Part shown: in pieces, positions 17,004 through 27,194 of the stretch | Layout of the letters: the number at the start of each line of letters is the position of its first letter | How positions within the stretch are numbered: the first letter of the stretch is position 1 | Assembly: GCA_026418475.1 (NCBI GenBank) | Contig: JAOABG010000003.1 | Coordinates: 1-50,621, forward strand | DNA: 50,621 bases | Reading direction: 5' to 3' | Source: a bacterium | Lineage (GTDB): Bacteria; DRYD01 | Made by a program: the position numbers and the translations under genes | Notes under the pieces: model-generated | What the model was told of the DNA's origin: nothing | The model's input: only the letters and a program-made list of their open reading frames with translations | Database searches by the model: none

Positions 17004-18004
17004 TTACTTATTTGGAATACGACCGATTTTGAGGTTTTATTTTTTCTGTGGTTTTCTATTACTTCTTCAATTTTTTCTATTGGATACAAATCGATGTCTA
17101 TTTTTATTTTTTTTCTGTTCTTGTCATAAAGATTGTTGATAAGTTGGAATAACTTTTTTGCATCTTCTCTTGTGACATTGGCTACTGATCTAATAATTTT
17201 TTCATTCCATATCCATTCATACTTAAGTGGAGGTATTTCTGACATATGTATTCCAGCACAGACGATTGTTCCCCCTTTATTTGTATTTATTAAGGCCGTT
17301 TTTAATAATTCTCCAGCTGGTGCAAAAATTATACTACCTTGATGTTTAAACTCTATAATTTCATCACTGTAGTAGACATTGCATCCGAGATTTTCTGCTA
17401 AGTTTGCAGTTTTGAGATCATTACGTTTTATAAAAGCCATTACTTTTTTGCCTTGCCATATAGCTATTTGAGCTATAATATGTCCTGCAGAACCGAATCC
17501 ATATATACCAATAGTTTCACAACTTTCAACAAATGACAGTGCTCTGTATCCTATGATTCCTGCACATAATAAAGGAGCCAATTCGTGGTCCTCGTAAAAA
17601 CTGGGTATATTTACCGTGTAATCCCGTGAGATCTTTATGTATTGTTGAAAACCTCCATGAACAGTACAACCCGTAAAATTTGCATTGTCACATAGATTTT
17701 CCTTTCCAACTGAACAATAGTAACATTTACCACAACTTGAGTATAGCCAGTATATTCCCAATTTATCTCCAATCTCTGTGTTGGTGTTTATTCCTTTCTT
17801 TATCACCTTTCCTATTATTTGATGCCCAGGAATAATAGGGTATTTGGTAAATGAGATCTCTTCATCTATAACATGTAAATCTGTTTTGCATAAACCACAA
17901 AACATTATTTCGATCAATACTTCATTATCATGTAATTCTTGAATTTTGTTAATATCGAGGTATATTTTACCTTTATTTACAAAGTATCCTTGGCTTCTAT
18001 ACAT
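17000..18004 (-). CDS. Zinc-dependent alcohol dehydrogenase (MDR family)
   Basis: Catalytic Zn ligands (GLCKTDLH, PGHQIIGKV), a structural-zinc Cys cluster (CGKCYYCSVGKENLC) and a Rossmann GxGxxG (GFGSAGH). Confidence 0.85.
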   Translation of the reverse strand: MYRSQGYFVNKGKIYLDINKIQELHDNEVLIEIMFCGLCKTDLHVIDEEISFTKYPIIPGHQIIGKVIKKGINTNTEIGDKLGIYWLYSSCGKCYYCSVGKENLCDNANFTGCTVHGGFQQYIKISRDYTVNIPSFYEDHELAPLLCAGIIGYRALSFVESCETIGIYGFGSAGHIIAQIAIWQGKKVMAFIKRNDLKTANLAENLGCNVYYSDEIIEFKHQGSIIFAPAGELLKTALINTNKGGTIVCAGIHMSEIPPLKYEWIWNEKIIRSVANVTREDAKKLFQLINNLYDKNRKKIKIDIDLYPIEKIEEVIENHRKNKTSKSVVFQISK

Positions 18005-18624
18005 TACTTTGTATACTGGAAATTTTGAGTTGTTGGAAAGAATGAAGGTCTATTTTTTTCATACTCACTTATCTTATCTTCAAATCGTAGGACTAAATCT
18101 ATACTGTCCCAACCTTTAATTAATCTATCTTTTGATTCCTGGTCTATAATGAATGAAATTTTTATGTTTTCGTCGTCGTATATCAATTGATTGGGTAAAT
18201 CAACTGTAAGGTAATATTCACCTTTTTCTTTAACTTTTTGTATTAACAGTTTTACGTTATCATGTGTTACTGTGCATGGTAATAGCATGTTTTCAACGGC
18301 GTTGAAATAGAATATATCTGCGAAAGAGGGGGATATTACTACTCTGAAGCCGTATTCTTTTAATCCCCATACGGCATGTTCTCTTGATGAACCGCAGCCG
18401 AAGTTTGGACCCGTAATAAGTATTGTCGAATTAGGGTATTTGTTAAGTTCAAATTCCATATTTGGTGAACCGTCTTTTAAATATCTCCATTCATAGAATA
18501 CATACTGTCCGAATCCTGTTTTCTCTATTCTTTTTAAGAACTGTTTGGGCATGATTTGATCTGTATCAATATCAGCTCTATCTATATAAGTGGCTTTACC
18601 TTTATATATTGTTATACCTTTCAT
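18004..18624 (-). CDS. leuD: 3-isopropylmalate dehydratase small subunit
   Basis: Motif GPNFGCGSSREHAVW and an N-terminal IDTDQIMP. It lies directly downstream of leuC. Confidence 0.9.
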   Translation of the reverse strand: MKGITIYKGKATYIDRADIDTDQIMPKQFLKRIEKTGFGQYVFYEWRYLKDGSPNMEFELNKYPNSTILITGPNFGCGSSREHAVWGLKEYGFRVVISPSFADIFYFNAVENMLLPCTVTHDNVKLLIQKVKEKGEYYLTVDLPNQLIYDDENIKISFIIDQESKDRLIKGWDSIDLVLRFEDKISEYEKNRPSFFPTTQNFQYTK

Positions 18625-18636
18625 TTTTTTACCTCC

Positions 18637-20034
18637 TTACAGGATTTCTCTTACATCTATGAATTTTCCTGCTATTGCTGCTGCTGCTGCCATAGCTGGG
18701 CTAACTAAATGTGTTCTTCCTCCTTTACCCTGTCTGTTTTCAAAGTTTCTGTTGGAAGTTGAGGCACATCTTTGTCCTGGAGCTAATACATCTGGATTCA
18801 TCCCGAGACACATGGAGCAACCAGATTCTCTCCATTCAAATCCAGAATCTTTGAATATTTTATCCAACCCTTCTTTTTCGGCTTGTAGTTTTACCTGTGT
18901 TGATCCTGGAACTACCATTGCTCTGACTTTGGGATGAACTTTTTTACCTTTTATTACTTTCGCAGCTTCCCTTAAATCTTCAATTCTTGCATTGGTGCAT
19001 GAACCAATAAAGACCACATTTATCGGTATATCAGTAATTTTTATTCCTTCTTCTAATCCCATATAATTTAGTGCTTTTTTTGCTGAATTTCTCAGAAACT
19101 CATCTTCTATTTCATGAAGATATGGTATTCTACCTGTTATGGGTTGAACTTGGGATGGGTTTGTACCCCAAGTTACCATTGGCTCAAGATTACTAACATT
19201 CATAGTGACCACTTTATTGTATTTTGCTTGGGGATCAGATTTCAAAGTTTCCCAATATGAAAGTGCTTTTTCCCACTCTTTCCCCTTGGGAGCAAAAGGC
19301 TTACCTTCTAGATATTCGAATGTTTTTTCATCAGGAGAAATTATTCCCACTCTTGCACCAGCCTCTATGCTCATATTACATATGGTTAATCTACCCTCTA
19401 TGGATAAGTCGGTTATGAAATTACCTGTGTATTCCACAGCATATCCGTTTGCCCCTCCAACCCCTATTTTTCCTATTAGTGCAAGAATAACGTCTTTTGA
19501 ATATACACCTTTGCTTAACTTCCCTTCAAATCTTACTTCCATAGTTTTAGGTTTTTTTAGTTTAATTGTTTGTGTTGAGAGAACCAATTCTACTTCTGAG
19601 GTTCCTATTCCGAAAGCCATTGCTCCAAGTGCTCCGTGTGTTGATGTATGTGAATCACCACAAACTATTACCATACCTGGTTGAGTGATTCCAAGTTCTG
19701 GACCTATTACGTGAACTATTCCCTGATAAGGAGAGTTTATGTCAAAAAACAGGATACCCCATTTCTCAGTGTTTTTATATAAAGACTTTATTTGTTTTTC
19801 AGCTATAGGATCTGTTATTGGACTGTGATTGGGAGTTGTTGGAACATTATGATCAACTGTTGCTACTGTTAGATCAGGGCGCCTGACTTTTCTATTTGCT
19901 AACTCTAATCCTTCAAAAGCTTGAGGAGAGGTTACCTCATGTATGAAATGTAAATCCACGTACAAGCCGTGCCAACCATCAAACTCATAAATTATGTGGT
20001 TATCCCATATTTTTTCTATGATTGTTCTGCCCAT
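18637..20034 (-). CDS. leuC: 3-isopropylmalate dehydratase large subunit
   Basis: Aconitase-family Fe-S motifs (VCGDSHTSTHGA, GSCTNARIEDL, CSMCLGMN). 465 aa. Confidence 0.92.
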   Translation of the reverse strand: MGRTIIEKIWDNHIIYEFDGWHGLYVDLHFIHEVTSPQAFEGLELANRKVRRPDLTVATVDHNVPTTPNHSPITDPIAEKQIKSLYKNTEKWGILFFDINSPYQGIVHVIGPELGITQPGMVIVCGDSHTSTHGALGAMAFGIGTSEVELVLSTQTIKLKKPKTMEVRFEGKLSKGVYSKDVILALIGKIGVGGANGYAVEYTGNFITDLSIEGRLTICNMSIEAGARVGIISPDEKTFEYLEGKPFAPKGKEWEKALSYWETLKSDPQAKYNKVVTMNVSNLEPMVTWGTNPSQVQPITGRIPYLHEIEDEFLRNSAKKALNYMGLEEGIKITDIPINVVFIGSCTNARIEDLREAAKVIKGKKVHPKVRAMVVPGSTQVKLQAEKEGLDKIFKDSGFEWRESGCSMCLGMNPDVLAPGQRCASTSNRNFENRQGKGGRTHLVSPAMAAAAAIAGKFIDVREIL

Positions 20035-20047
20035 TATTTATCACCTC

Positions 20048-22149
20048 CTAATATTGTGGTATAAACTTTTTTGATTGATCTATACCAATATTTATTCCTA
20101 ATATTGGTAGTGCTTTTAGGTATGCATAAAAATAGAGCTGTTTTAATGAACTTCTATAAACTATATAATTTACCCAACAGTGGTTATCTTTTATAAGCAC
20201 TAAATCCACATAATCTATTTTTTTAGTAAAAGAATTATAGTTGAACCATGTTGTTAGACGTAGACTTTGGGATATATGCCAATCTATATTGGTATTTATG
20301 TTTGTGAATGAGTTTCTTTTTGTATCAAATGTTGTGAAAATACTTGCAGTAAATTTGTTATTAGGAAAATATTTAAAATTGACGCTTATTGGACTTATTG
20401 AACCAGTATTGAGATTATAGTTTGTTGATAAGTTTAGATCAAAAGTTCTGTTATTAAAAATGGAAAGGTTGGCTGAGAGGTTTTGATACTTTCCTGTAAA
20501 ATCAGCAAATATCGGAGCAAATCCTTTCCCAAAATTATAAGTGTAATTTATATTTAATTTGTAATTTTTTTTAATTAAACTGAAGTTTGAAGTGAATGAA
20601 TGAACATAAGAAGCATGAAAGTTCCTATCGGAATAGTATTTACCAGTATCAAAGAAATTCTGTTTAAAAATACCATTTGTTGTCCAATTTAAATCCTTAT
20701 CTTTTATGTGTTGAATATGGTAATTCAGAAATAGCTGATATTTAGTTGTGTTTCTGTTGAACCTTGGTTCTTTGTATTTACCCAGAAATATTGAAGGTGA
20801 TATTGTTATTCTATCTCTGAATTTTATGGGTTTGTTCAATTTTAATGTCAATTCAGGAAGTTTATTCACTCCAAAGAAACCATAGTTATTCGTTGTGTTA
20901 TCCAATAATAAAGATAATGTATATAAATCTTTTGAAAATGTATAATTTAAGTCCAATTTTACATTTTGACTTGTCTGAAAGTTATTGGTTATAAAGTAAT
21001 TGTTTTGTAGATCATTTAGATTAAAGTTAAAGTTGAAGTTCTTAAAATTACCTGATAACCTCAGGAATTGGTTAAGTGAAGAAAACTGTTTTTCTGTTGA
21101 TGTTTTACTGGAAGTATAACTTATATTTATTCCTTTTATATTTGTTGTGAATCCATAGGATATACTTTCTGTAAGTGGAGCCTTGAAATTTCTATATATT
21201 GATCTGTTACTTGAGTATCTGACAAAGATATTTAACTGATTTCCTGTTAAATTAAGGTTGGTGTTGATATTTCTGAAACTGTTACCAAACTTTTTATTGT
21301 TGTTAATGAATAAGTAGTTATCAAATTTAACATTTATTTTTCCTATTTGTTTGGTGTAGTAACTATTTACTCCATAGTATATTCCAGTGTATTGTCCATA
21401 TTTTGTTAATATCTTTCCATAGTTTGAATTGTTAAAAAAATAATCAAAGTTTTTAGTAATAAAGAAGCCATCTGTGTTGTTATATCCTATTTTTGGGAAT
21501 GCCGATGTATCTTCTTGTGGAAGTTGTGGGATTTTTTTCCGCTTTAAAGGTATTATTAATTTTTTGTATCCAAATATTTGATTTTTGTACAGAAACATTT
21601 TGGAATTGGAAAGTATCATTTTATCTTCGGGTATGACATCAACTTTTTGTGAATTGAGAATGTAATGCTTATCATCAAAATGATCATATTCGCATAAATT
21701 ACAGGTTGAAAATTTAACATCTTCAAAGGTGTATTTATTTGAAAAGAGATATATTTGTGAATACTCAAAGAATAGTTTATCTTTGAGTTTCAAAGGTTCT
21801 TCACCGAAGTTAGTGATGTAACCTGCTCCTCTTGCTCCATATATCTTTTCTATTTTACCTTCAGTGTTGTATTCAACTTCTAACTTTTCAGTTACAAATT
21901 CATCTTGAGTTTCTAAATTTTTGATGAATGTTTTTCCTGGTATCGTAATTTTTCTTTTTTCTTTGTCTATATTGGCGTTGGATGATTTCAACCAGTATTG
22001 ATTGGTATATATTTCTATAGTTTGGTTAATTTCTATTTTTTGGGGGTCTGATACTATTTGTGGGGTATAGAGAATTATATCTGTTTCTCTAGGATATGAT
22101 GGAAAGAACGTAATGAGTAGTAATGTTATTATGAAAAAAAAAACTTCAT
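20048..22149 (-). CDS. LptD/OstA-like outer-membrane beta-barrel protein; ATG is out of frame across a T10 tract
   Basis: About 700 aa, rich in N/Y/F beta-strand patterns, ending in an aromatic residue (..IPQY). It has an LptD-like central motif (VKFSTCNLC...HYILNSQKVDVIPEDKMILSNSKMFLYKNQIF). The tracked ORF start at 22204 reads through a tRNA. The only ATG downstream of the tRNA (22149) is 1 nt out of frame, separated from the long frame by a T10 run (22134-22143). Confidence 0.6.
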
Positions 22150-22157
22150 TTTTATTG

Positions 22158-22231
22158 CAGGGCGGAGAGGATTCGAACCCCCGACCAATGGATTTGGAGT
22201 CCACCGCTCTACCAAACTGAGCTACCGCCCT
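22158..22231 (-). tRNA. trnW: tRNA-Trp (anticodon CCA)
   Basis: Minus-strand sequence AGGGCGGTAGCTCAGTTTGGTAGAGCGGTGGACTCCAAATCCATTGGTCGGGGGTTCGAATCCTCTCCGCCCTG. It has a 7-bp acceptor stem (AGGGCGG/CCGCCCT), a D-arm GCTC/GAGC, an anticodon loop CTCCAAA and a TTCGAAT T-loop. Confidence 0.9.
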
Positions 22232-22269
22232 ATAGTTTTATCTTTTGACAATCCTATTTATATATCCTT

Positions 22270-22563
22270 CTATTCTATTCTGTTCTTTTTTATGTAGTTG
22301 GAATACCAAAATTTTAATATACTTTTCCAAATTAACCCACTGAATAGTAAATAAATTAAAAAACCTATACTGTAAAAATAGAAATTAGGGAATAACTTTA
22401 CAAATAGAAGTATTATTATAATAATCAGTGAAAATCTAAATAAGCTGTACATGAAGAAATCAGGCTTATATTTCATTAGTATGTAAAGGATTCTTGTGAA
22501 ACCATCAATGAAGACCAAAAGGAATATGATAAGGATAAAGATTATTAACTCTAAAAGATTCAT
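22270..22563 (-). CDS. Small integral membrane protein, hypothetical
   Basis: 97 aa with three hydrophobic segments and an ATGA overlap with the pilT stop codon. Confidence 0.5.
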   Translation of the reverse strand: MNLLELIIFILIIFLLVFIDGFTRILYILMKYKPDFFMYSLFRFSLIIIIILLFVKLFPNFYFYSIGFLIYLLFSGLIWKSILKFWYSNYIKKNRIE

Positions 22564-23609
22564 TCTATCATTCTTGCAATGACATCTTTGTTATTGGCAT
22601 ATCTGTAAGCAGTGTCTTTGGTTATTATTCCTTTTTTGTATAGTTCTGTTAGTCTTGCTTCTAACGATATCATTCCTGATTCTCTTCCGGTATATAGAAC
22701 GTTGTAGAGTTGATGATGTTCTCCTTTTCTTATTAAGTTTCTCACTGCTGCATTGGCAACTACTACTTCGTAGGCTACTATAAGATTACCATCAACTGTT
22801 GGGACTAATACCTGTGACATTGATCCGTTTAAAATATTGGCTAACTGAGTTCTCACTTGGTTTTGCTGTGAAGCTGGAAATACGTCAACTATCCTATCTA
22901 TTGTGTTGACTATTCCAAATGTATGTAGGGTTGAGAACACCAGGTGTCCTGTTTCAGCTGCCGTTAAAGCTAAGGATATGCTTTCCATATCTCTCATCTC
23001 TCCTATTAAAATAACATCAGGGTCCTGCCTTAAAACATGTCTCAGAGCTTCGTGGAATGAATGTGTATCTACACCAATTTCTCTCTGGTGTATCACTGAT
23101 TTTTTATTTATATGAACATATTCTATGGGATCCTCTATTGTTATAATATGTTTTGAAAAATTGTTATTTATATAGTCTATCATTGAGGCTAATGTTGTTG
23201 ATTTACCTACCCCGGTGGGACCAGTTACTAAAAAGAATCCTCTTTCAAATGAGGACATTTCTGCCAATATTGGTGGTAAACCCAATTCTTCCATATTTTT
23301 TATTTTAAATGGTATGGATCTTATTGCTGCAGCCATTGTCCCCTTTTGGAAGTATAGATTACCTCTAAACCTACCCGTATTTTCAAGAGAGTAGGAGAAA
23401 TCCAGTTCTCTGGATTTTTCAAACTCTTCGATTTGTTCTGATGTAAGAAGTGCAAATACCATACTCCTTATCATCTCATTTGTTAATGGGGGAAAATTGA
23501 GAGCTTTTAATTTCCCCTTTACTCTGAAAATTGGAGGAGACCCAACACCTAAATGTAAGTCACTCGCTTCTAATTTATGCATGTTTTCCAATAACTCAAA
23601 TATTAGCAT
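22560..23609 (-). CDS. pilT: Type IV pilus retraction ATPase PilT
   Basis: Walker A GPTGVGKSTT, Asp box, His box (TGHLVFSTLHT) and the PilT-specific AVRNLIRKGE motif. 349 aa. Confidence 0.9.
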   Translation of the reverse strand: MLIFELLENMHKLEASDLHLGVGSPPIFRVKGKLKALNFPPLTNEMIRSMVFALLTSEQIEEFEKSRELDFSYSLENTGRFRGNLYFQKGTMAAAIRSIPFKIKNMEELGLPPILAEMSSFERGFFLVTGPTGVGKSTTLASMIDYINNNFSKHIITIEDPIEYVHINKKSVIHQREIGVDTHSFHEALRHVLRQDPDVILIGEMRDMESISLALTAAETGHLVFSTLHTFGIVNTIDRIVDVFPASQQNQVRTQLANILNGSMSQVLVPTVDGNLIVAYEVVVANAAVRNLIRKGEHHQLYNVLYTGRESGMISLEARLTELYKKGIITKDTAYRYANNKDVIARMIE

Positions 23610-24795
23610 TTTCTAACCACCTTCCAAGATCAATTATTTCAACATTTTTATAATAATATTTTATAATATCCTGATAATTGAAACCGTTTTTAGCCAAAGT
23701 GTTGGCTCCGAATTGACAGAGACCTACACCATGACCAAATCCAGTACCTTCGAATACTACATGTTCTCCTTCTATACTCAGTTTGTTTATATATGGACTT
23801 CTTATAACATTGTATCCTATTAATTTTCTTATCTCCCAATTATATAAACTGTATATTGAGTTTTTATTATAAACAATATAGGTTCTAAAATTGTTTGTAT
23901 AAATGTTTTCTATTGAATAGATGCTAACTTTCATTGATTTTTCAAGATTTTTTTTAATCGTATAGAGTTCTACTTTATTTTCCCACTTTTTCCCACTATA
24001 CTGACATTTAACTGATGATAAATACTGGTGCGTTGGATCTAACCTTTTTGGAAAAACCATCCTTCCGTCTATGGTTTGACCTCCACAATTGGAGTGATAA
24101 AGTGCCCAGATTGGTTGGTTATCGTAGACAATGATAAGATCTTTAGTTCTTTCAACAGCCTCATCGGTTCTAGGATTTTCTTTATCTATTCCATAGTAAG
24201 CTTGATCTAAAACTGTTGAATAGAGATCAAAAACTTCTCCTTTTTTTCTTCGTTCAATTGTTACCTTAATGGCATAAGTTCTTGCTGCTATTGCTTGAGC
24301 TTTTAGTGCTTCAATATCCCAACTTGATGGCATTTCCGAAGGAACAACAGATTTTAAATACTCATTTATCTCCACTAAGTTTACCAAGTAGTACTTTTTA
24401 TCTTTGTTAACAATAAAAAATTTTCCCCTGTATTTCCTATTTTTGTACTCCAAATAATTTGATGATAGTATCATAATATCTTTGTATTCAGGTATTTCAT
24501 CAGTTTTATCATAGTTATGATCATAGAAAAATTTTAGTGCTGGGTTGAGATTAAGTATGGTTATTTGATTTGCTAAATAAAAACCTCCCTGATAAATTGA
24601 TGGAAACTGCTGGGTTGAATACCTCAAACTTATGTTATTGCCCTTAACCACTAGGTTTGTCCTTTCAGAATCTATACTATCTATTAGGATTCTGAGATTT
24701 TCAAAATCGGTCTTTAGGAGCTTTGTGGAATTAGCTGCCGAAATTGTAATTATAAAGTAGCATATAAATAAAAGTATTATAATATATTTCTTCAT
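23596..24795 (-). CDS. SpoIID/LytB-domain protein (second paralogue)
   Basis: Signal peptide plus SpoIID motifs EALKAQAIAARTYAIK, HSNCGGQTIDG and GFGHGVGLCQFGANTLA. Confidence 0.85.
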   Translation of the reverse strand: MKKYIIILLFICYFIITISAANSTKLLKTDFENLRILIDSIDSERTNLVVKGNNISLRYSTQQFPSIYQGGFYLANQITILNLNPALKFFYDHNYDKTDEIPEYKDIMILSSNYLEYKNRKYRGKFFIVNKDKKYYLVNLVEINEYLKSVVPSEMPSSWDIEALKAQAIAARTYAIKVTIERRKKGEVFDLYSTVLDQAYYGIDKENPRTDEAVERTKDLIIVYDNQPIWALYHSNCGGQTIDGRMVFPKRLDPTHQYLSSVKCQYSGKKWENKVELYTIKKNLEKSMKVSIYSIENIYTNNFRTYIVYNKNSIYSLYNWEIRKLIGYNVIRSPYINKLSIEGEHVVFEGTGFGHGVGLCQFGANTLAKNGFNYQDIIKYYYKNVEIIDLGRWLENANI

Positions 24796-25649
24796 GTTCT
24801 ATATTTTGTTATCAGCTTGTAAAGATTTATAATTGTTGATAAATTACAGAGTAATCCTATTCCACCTGGTACAATAGATACTGCTTTTGCTATCCCTTTT
24901 ACATTATCTATATCTACATCTCCTTTTATTTTCCCATTAACAACTTCAAAACCGACATCTATTACTACGGAGTTTTCGTTAACAAATTCTCGATTTATTA
25001 GGTTAACTTTACCTGTGGCTGAGATTATTATATCAGCGTTTTTACATTTATGCTTTAAATCCTTTGAATATTCATTCAGGATTTGAACTGTTGAGTTGAA
25101 TTTTATTAGAATATGAGCTATTGCTAAACCTGTGTACAAACTCCTACCTAAAATTACGATATCTTTCTTTTCAAATTCTATATTGTAATGTCTCATCATT
25201 AGTATCACTGCATTAGCAACTGACGGTGTAATGGTGTTTTCTATGTTACCGATTGTCATAAAATTGAAGTAATTGACCGGATTCAGGCAATCAAGATCTT
25301 TATCAACTGGAATTTCATATAAACATGAAATATCAAAATTTTTAGGTAAAGGTAACTCCACATTTATTCCCACTGTTTTTTCATCGGAAGAATATTGTTT
25401 TATTAAACCTATGAATTCTTTTTGGGTCTTGGTAAATATTGATTCCACTTTTAAACCTATACTTTCAAATATTTTTTTTTGATTAATTGAAAAATAATTA
25501 TTGTTTTTGGTTTTGAAATAGAATATAGCAATTCTGTATTTACTAAGGTCCCCAAGTTTTGATATTATTTTTTGTTTATATTCATCTAATATTTCTTTGT
25601 AGAAGTTTCCTTTTAGTAGTATTGTTTCCGTTTTATTTTTCATTATCAT
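24792..25649 (-). CDS. folD: Bifunctional methylenetetrahydrofolate dehydrogenase/cyclohydrolase
   Basis: 285 aa with FolD architecture, a Rossmann motif (ILGRSLYTGLAIAHIL) and a C-terminal VPGGIGLL motif. Confidence 0.85.
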   Translation of the reverse strand: MIMKNKTETILLKGNFYKEILDEYKQKIISKLGDLSKYRIAIFYFKTKNNNYFSINQKKIFESIGLKVESIFTKTQKEFIGLIKQYSSDEKTVGINVELPLPKNFDISCLYEIPVDKDLDCLNPVNYFNFMTIGNIENTITPSVANAVILMMRHYNIEFEKKDIVILGRSLYTGLAIAHILIKFNSTVQILNEYSKDLKHKCKNADIIISATGKVNLINREFVNENSVVIDVGFEVVNGKIKGDVDIDNVKGIAKAVSIVPGGIGLLCNLSTIINLYKLITKYRT

Positions 25650-26305
25650 TGCCTTTTTTCAAATGGATTTGAAAGAATTCTTATTCTGTTTGGTGGGAAT
25701 ATTATAATAAGAGCTTTGGCTTTGATTTCTTTTTTATTAACGAATGGTTCTGGCCATAAGTGACTATCATAACTGTTTGGTCTATTGTCACCTAAGAAAA
25801 AATAGTTTTCCTGTGGAACTTTTATAGGTCCATAATCATAATAATCTTTGTTGTAAATATAATCCTCTTTCACATAGTTATCATTGATGTATAGGTTTCC
25901 TGATATAATCATCAGTTTTTCATTCGGTAAGCCTATTAATCTTTTGATATACAATTTATTATCTACAGGAGGTTTGAAAATTATGATATCACCTCTTTTT
26001 ATGTTCAGTTCTTCTTTTTTATTGAACCAAATTTTGTTTATTCCCAATACAATATCTCCAGGTTTTAGTGTTGGTTCCATGGAAGATGAGGGGATAATAT
26101 ATAGTCTTCCAATTAAGATAATAAATACCAAAGCGAAGATTCCAGCTGTCAGTGCACTGTCTATCCACTCTAAAACTCCCTTTTTTGTTACTTTTTTCAA
26201 GAAGGCTGGTAACCAAAACTTGGGAAAAGAAAAAACATCATTAGTAATCCCCAAACGTATAAGAAAAAGGATTAAAATAAGAAAAAGAAGTGTCCACTCA
26301 CTCAT
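25646..26305 (-). CDS. lepB: Signal peptidase I
   Basis: Catalytic Ser box (IPSSSMEPTL), Lys box (YIKRLIGLP) and GDNRPNSYDSH. Confidence 0.9.
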   Translation of the reverse strand: MSEWTLLFLILILFLIRLGITNDVFSFPKFWLPAFLKKVTKKGVLEWIDSALTAGIFALVFIILIGRLYIIPSSSMEPTLKPGDIVLGINKIWFNKKEELNIKRGDIIIFKPPVDNKLYIKRLIGLPNEKLMIISGNLYINDNYVKEDYIYNKDYYDYGPIKVPQENYFFLGDNRPNSYDSHLWPEPFVNKKEIKAKALIIIFPPNRIRILSNPFEKRQ

Positions 26306-26375
26306 AATAATATATTCTTATCAAATCTTTTACTGTCCTTCAAAAAGAAGAAATTAATTTATTTGCCAATATTCT

Positions 26376-27194
26376 TTATAGTTTTGATTTTTCTTTTAGG
26401 ATTTCTTCGTAATCCTTGATATCTTGTTGATTATCTATATTGAAAGCCAAATTGGCAAAATTGGTTAGCATTCCCTGGGCCTTGATTTGAAATATTGAAT
26501 TTATCTTTTTTTCTAATTCTAATACTGTATATCCTCCTGTCATAATTTTTATTATTGTTATTGGATCTAAATTGAGGAGTTTGGCTATTTGGTAGGGGTT
26601 TTTCCTATTTTCCAAAATTTTTTTGATTTTTCCCCACAGATTGAATAGTATTCCTTTTTTTATTATCACTATTCCTGTTCCACAAAAGCTATCTTTTTTT
26701 AACTTTATGAAGGTTCTATTTTTTGCCATTTTCTCTCCAAATTTAACTCTGTATACTTCTTTGCTTACAAAGGGATAGAAAACGTCTCCATCTAACAGAG
26801 AAAATCTTTTTATTATGTCATCGACACTTTCATAATTGATCAGTGGTGTATCTGTTGAAATAAAACAGATGAATGTGTTATCTTCTATTTTTTTGTTTTC
26901 TGTGAAGACAATTACATTGTTAATTGTTTCTTGTAATGTTTCTCCTCCTTCCAAGAACTCTATGTTTATCTCAGTTTTCTCAAAAAGTTTTGTAAATTCT
27001 ACTTTTTCATAATTTTTGGGATATAGAATAATTGTGTTTTCCAATTCTATATTGTATTCATTATAATATATTTTGTTAAAAATTTCAAATTCTTCCTCAA
27101 GGATGGTTTTGTTATTTGGGGTTTTTATAAAGCATTTGGGTTGATTGTCTATTTTTCCCCCAGCTAAGAAACATAATATTAATTTTCTTTTCAT
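26376..27194 (-). CDS. MobA-like nucleotidyltransferase-fold protein (function unresolved)
   Basis: N-terminal LILCFLAGGK...K.P loop resembling NTP_transf_3 proteins. I placed the start at ATG 27194, which forms an ATGA overlap with the prmA stop, rather than at 27224. Confidence 0.5.
   Translation of the reverse strand: MKRKLILCFLAGGKIDNQPKCFIKTPNNKTILEEEFEIFNKIYYNEYNIELENTIILYPKNYEKVEFTKLFEKTEINIEFLEGGETLQETINNVIVFTENKKIEDNTFICFISTDTPLINYESVDDIIKRFSLLDGDVFYPFVSKEVYRVKFGEKMAKNRTFIKLKKDSFCGTGIVIIKKGILFNLWGKIKKILENRKNPYQIAKLLNLDPITIIKIMTGGYTVLELEKKINSIFQIKAQGMLTNFANLAFNIDNQQDIKDYEEILKEKSKL

Noticed and set aside
18590-19684. Antisense ORFs inside leuC (18590-18937, 19205-19684, 19224-19418), and similar shadow ORFs inside alaS, mfd, rsmF, lysA, lysC, comM and others
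   Set aside because: Each lies fully within a strongly supported gene on the opposite strand. They have low-complexity or hydrophobic nonsense composition and no ribosome-binding sites, as expected for shadow frames in AT-rich DNA.
22150-22204. N-terminal 18 codons of the tracked 718-aa ORF (MDSKSIGRGFESSPPCNK..)
   Set aside because: This stretch is the reverse-strand reading of tRNA-Trp. GFESSPP is the typical translation of a T-arm, so the ORF caller ran through the tRNA gene.
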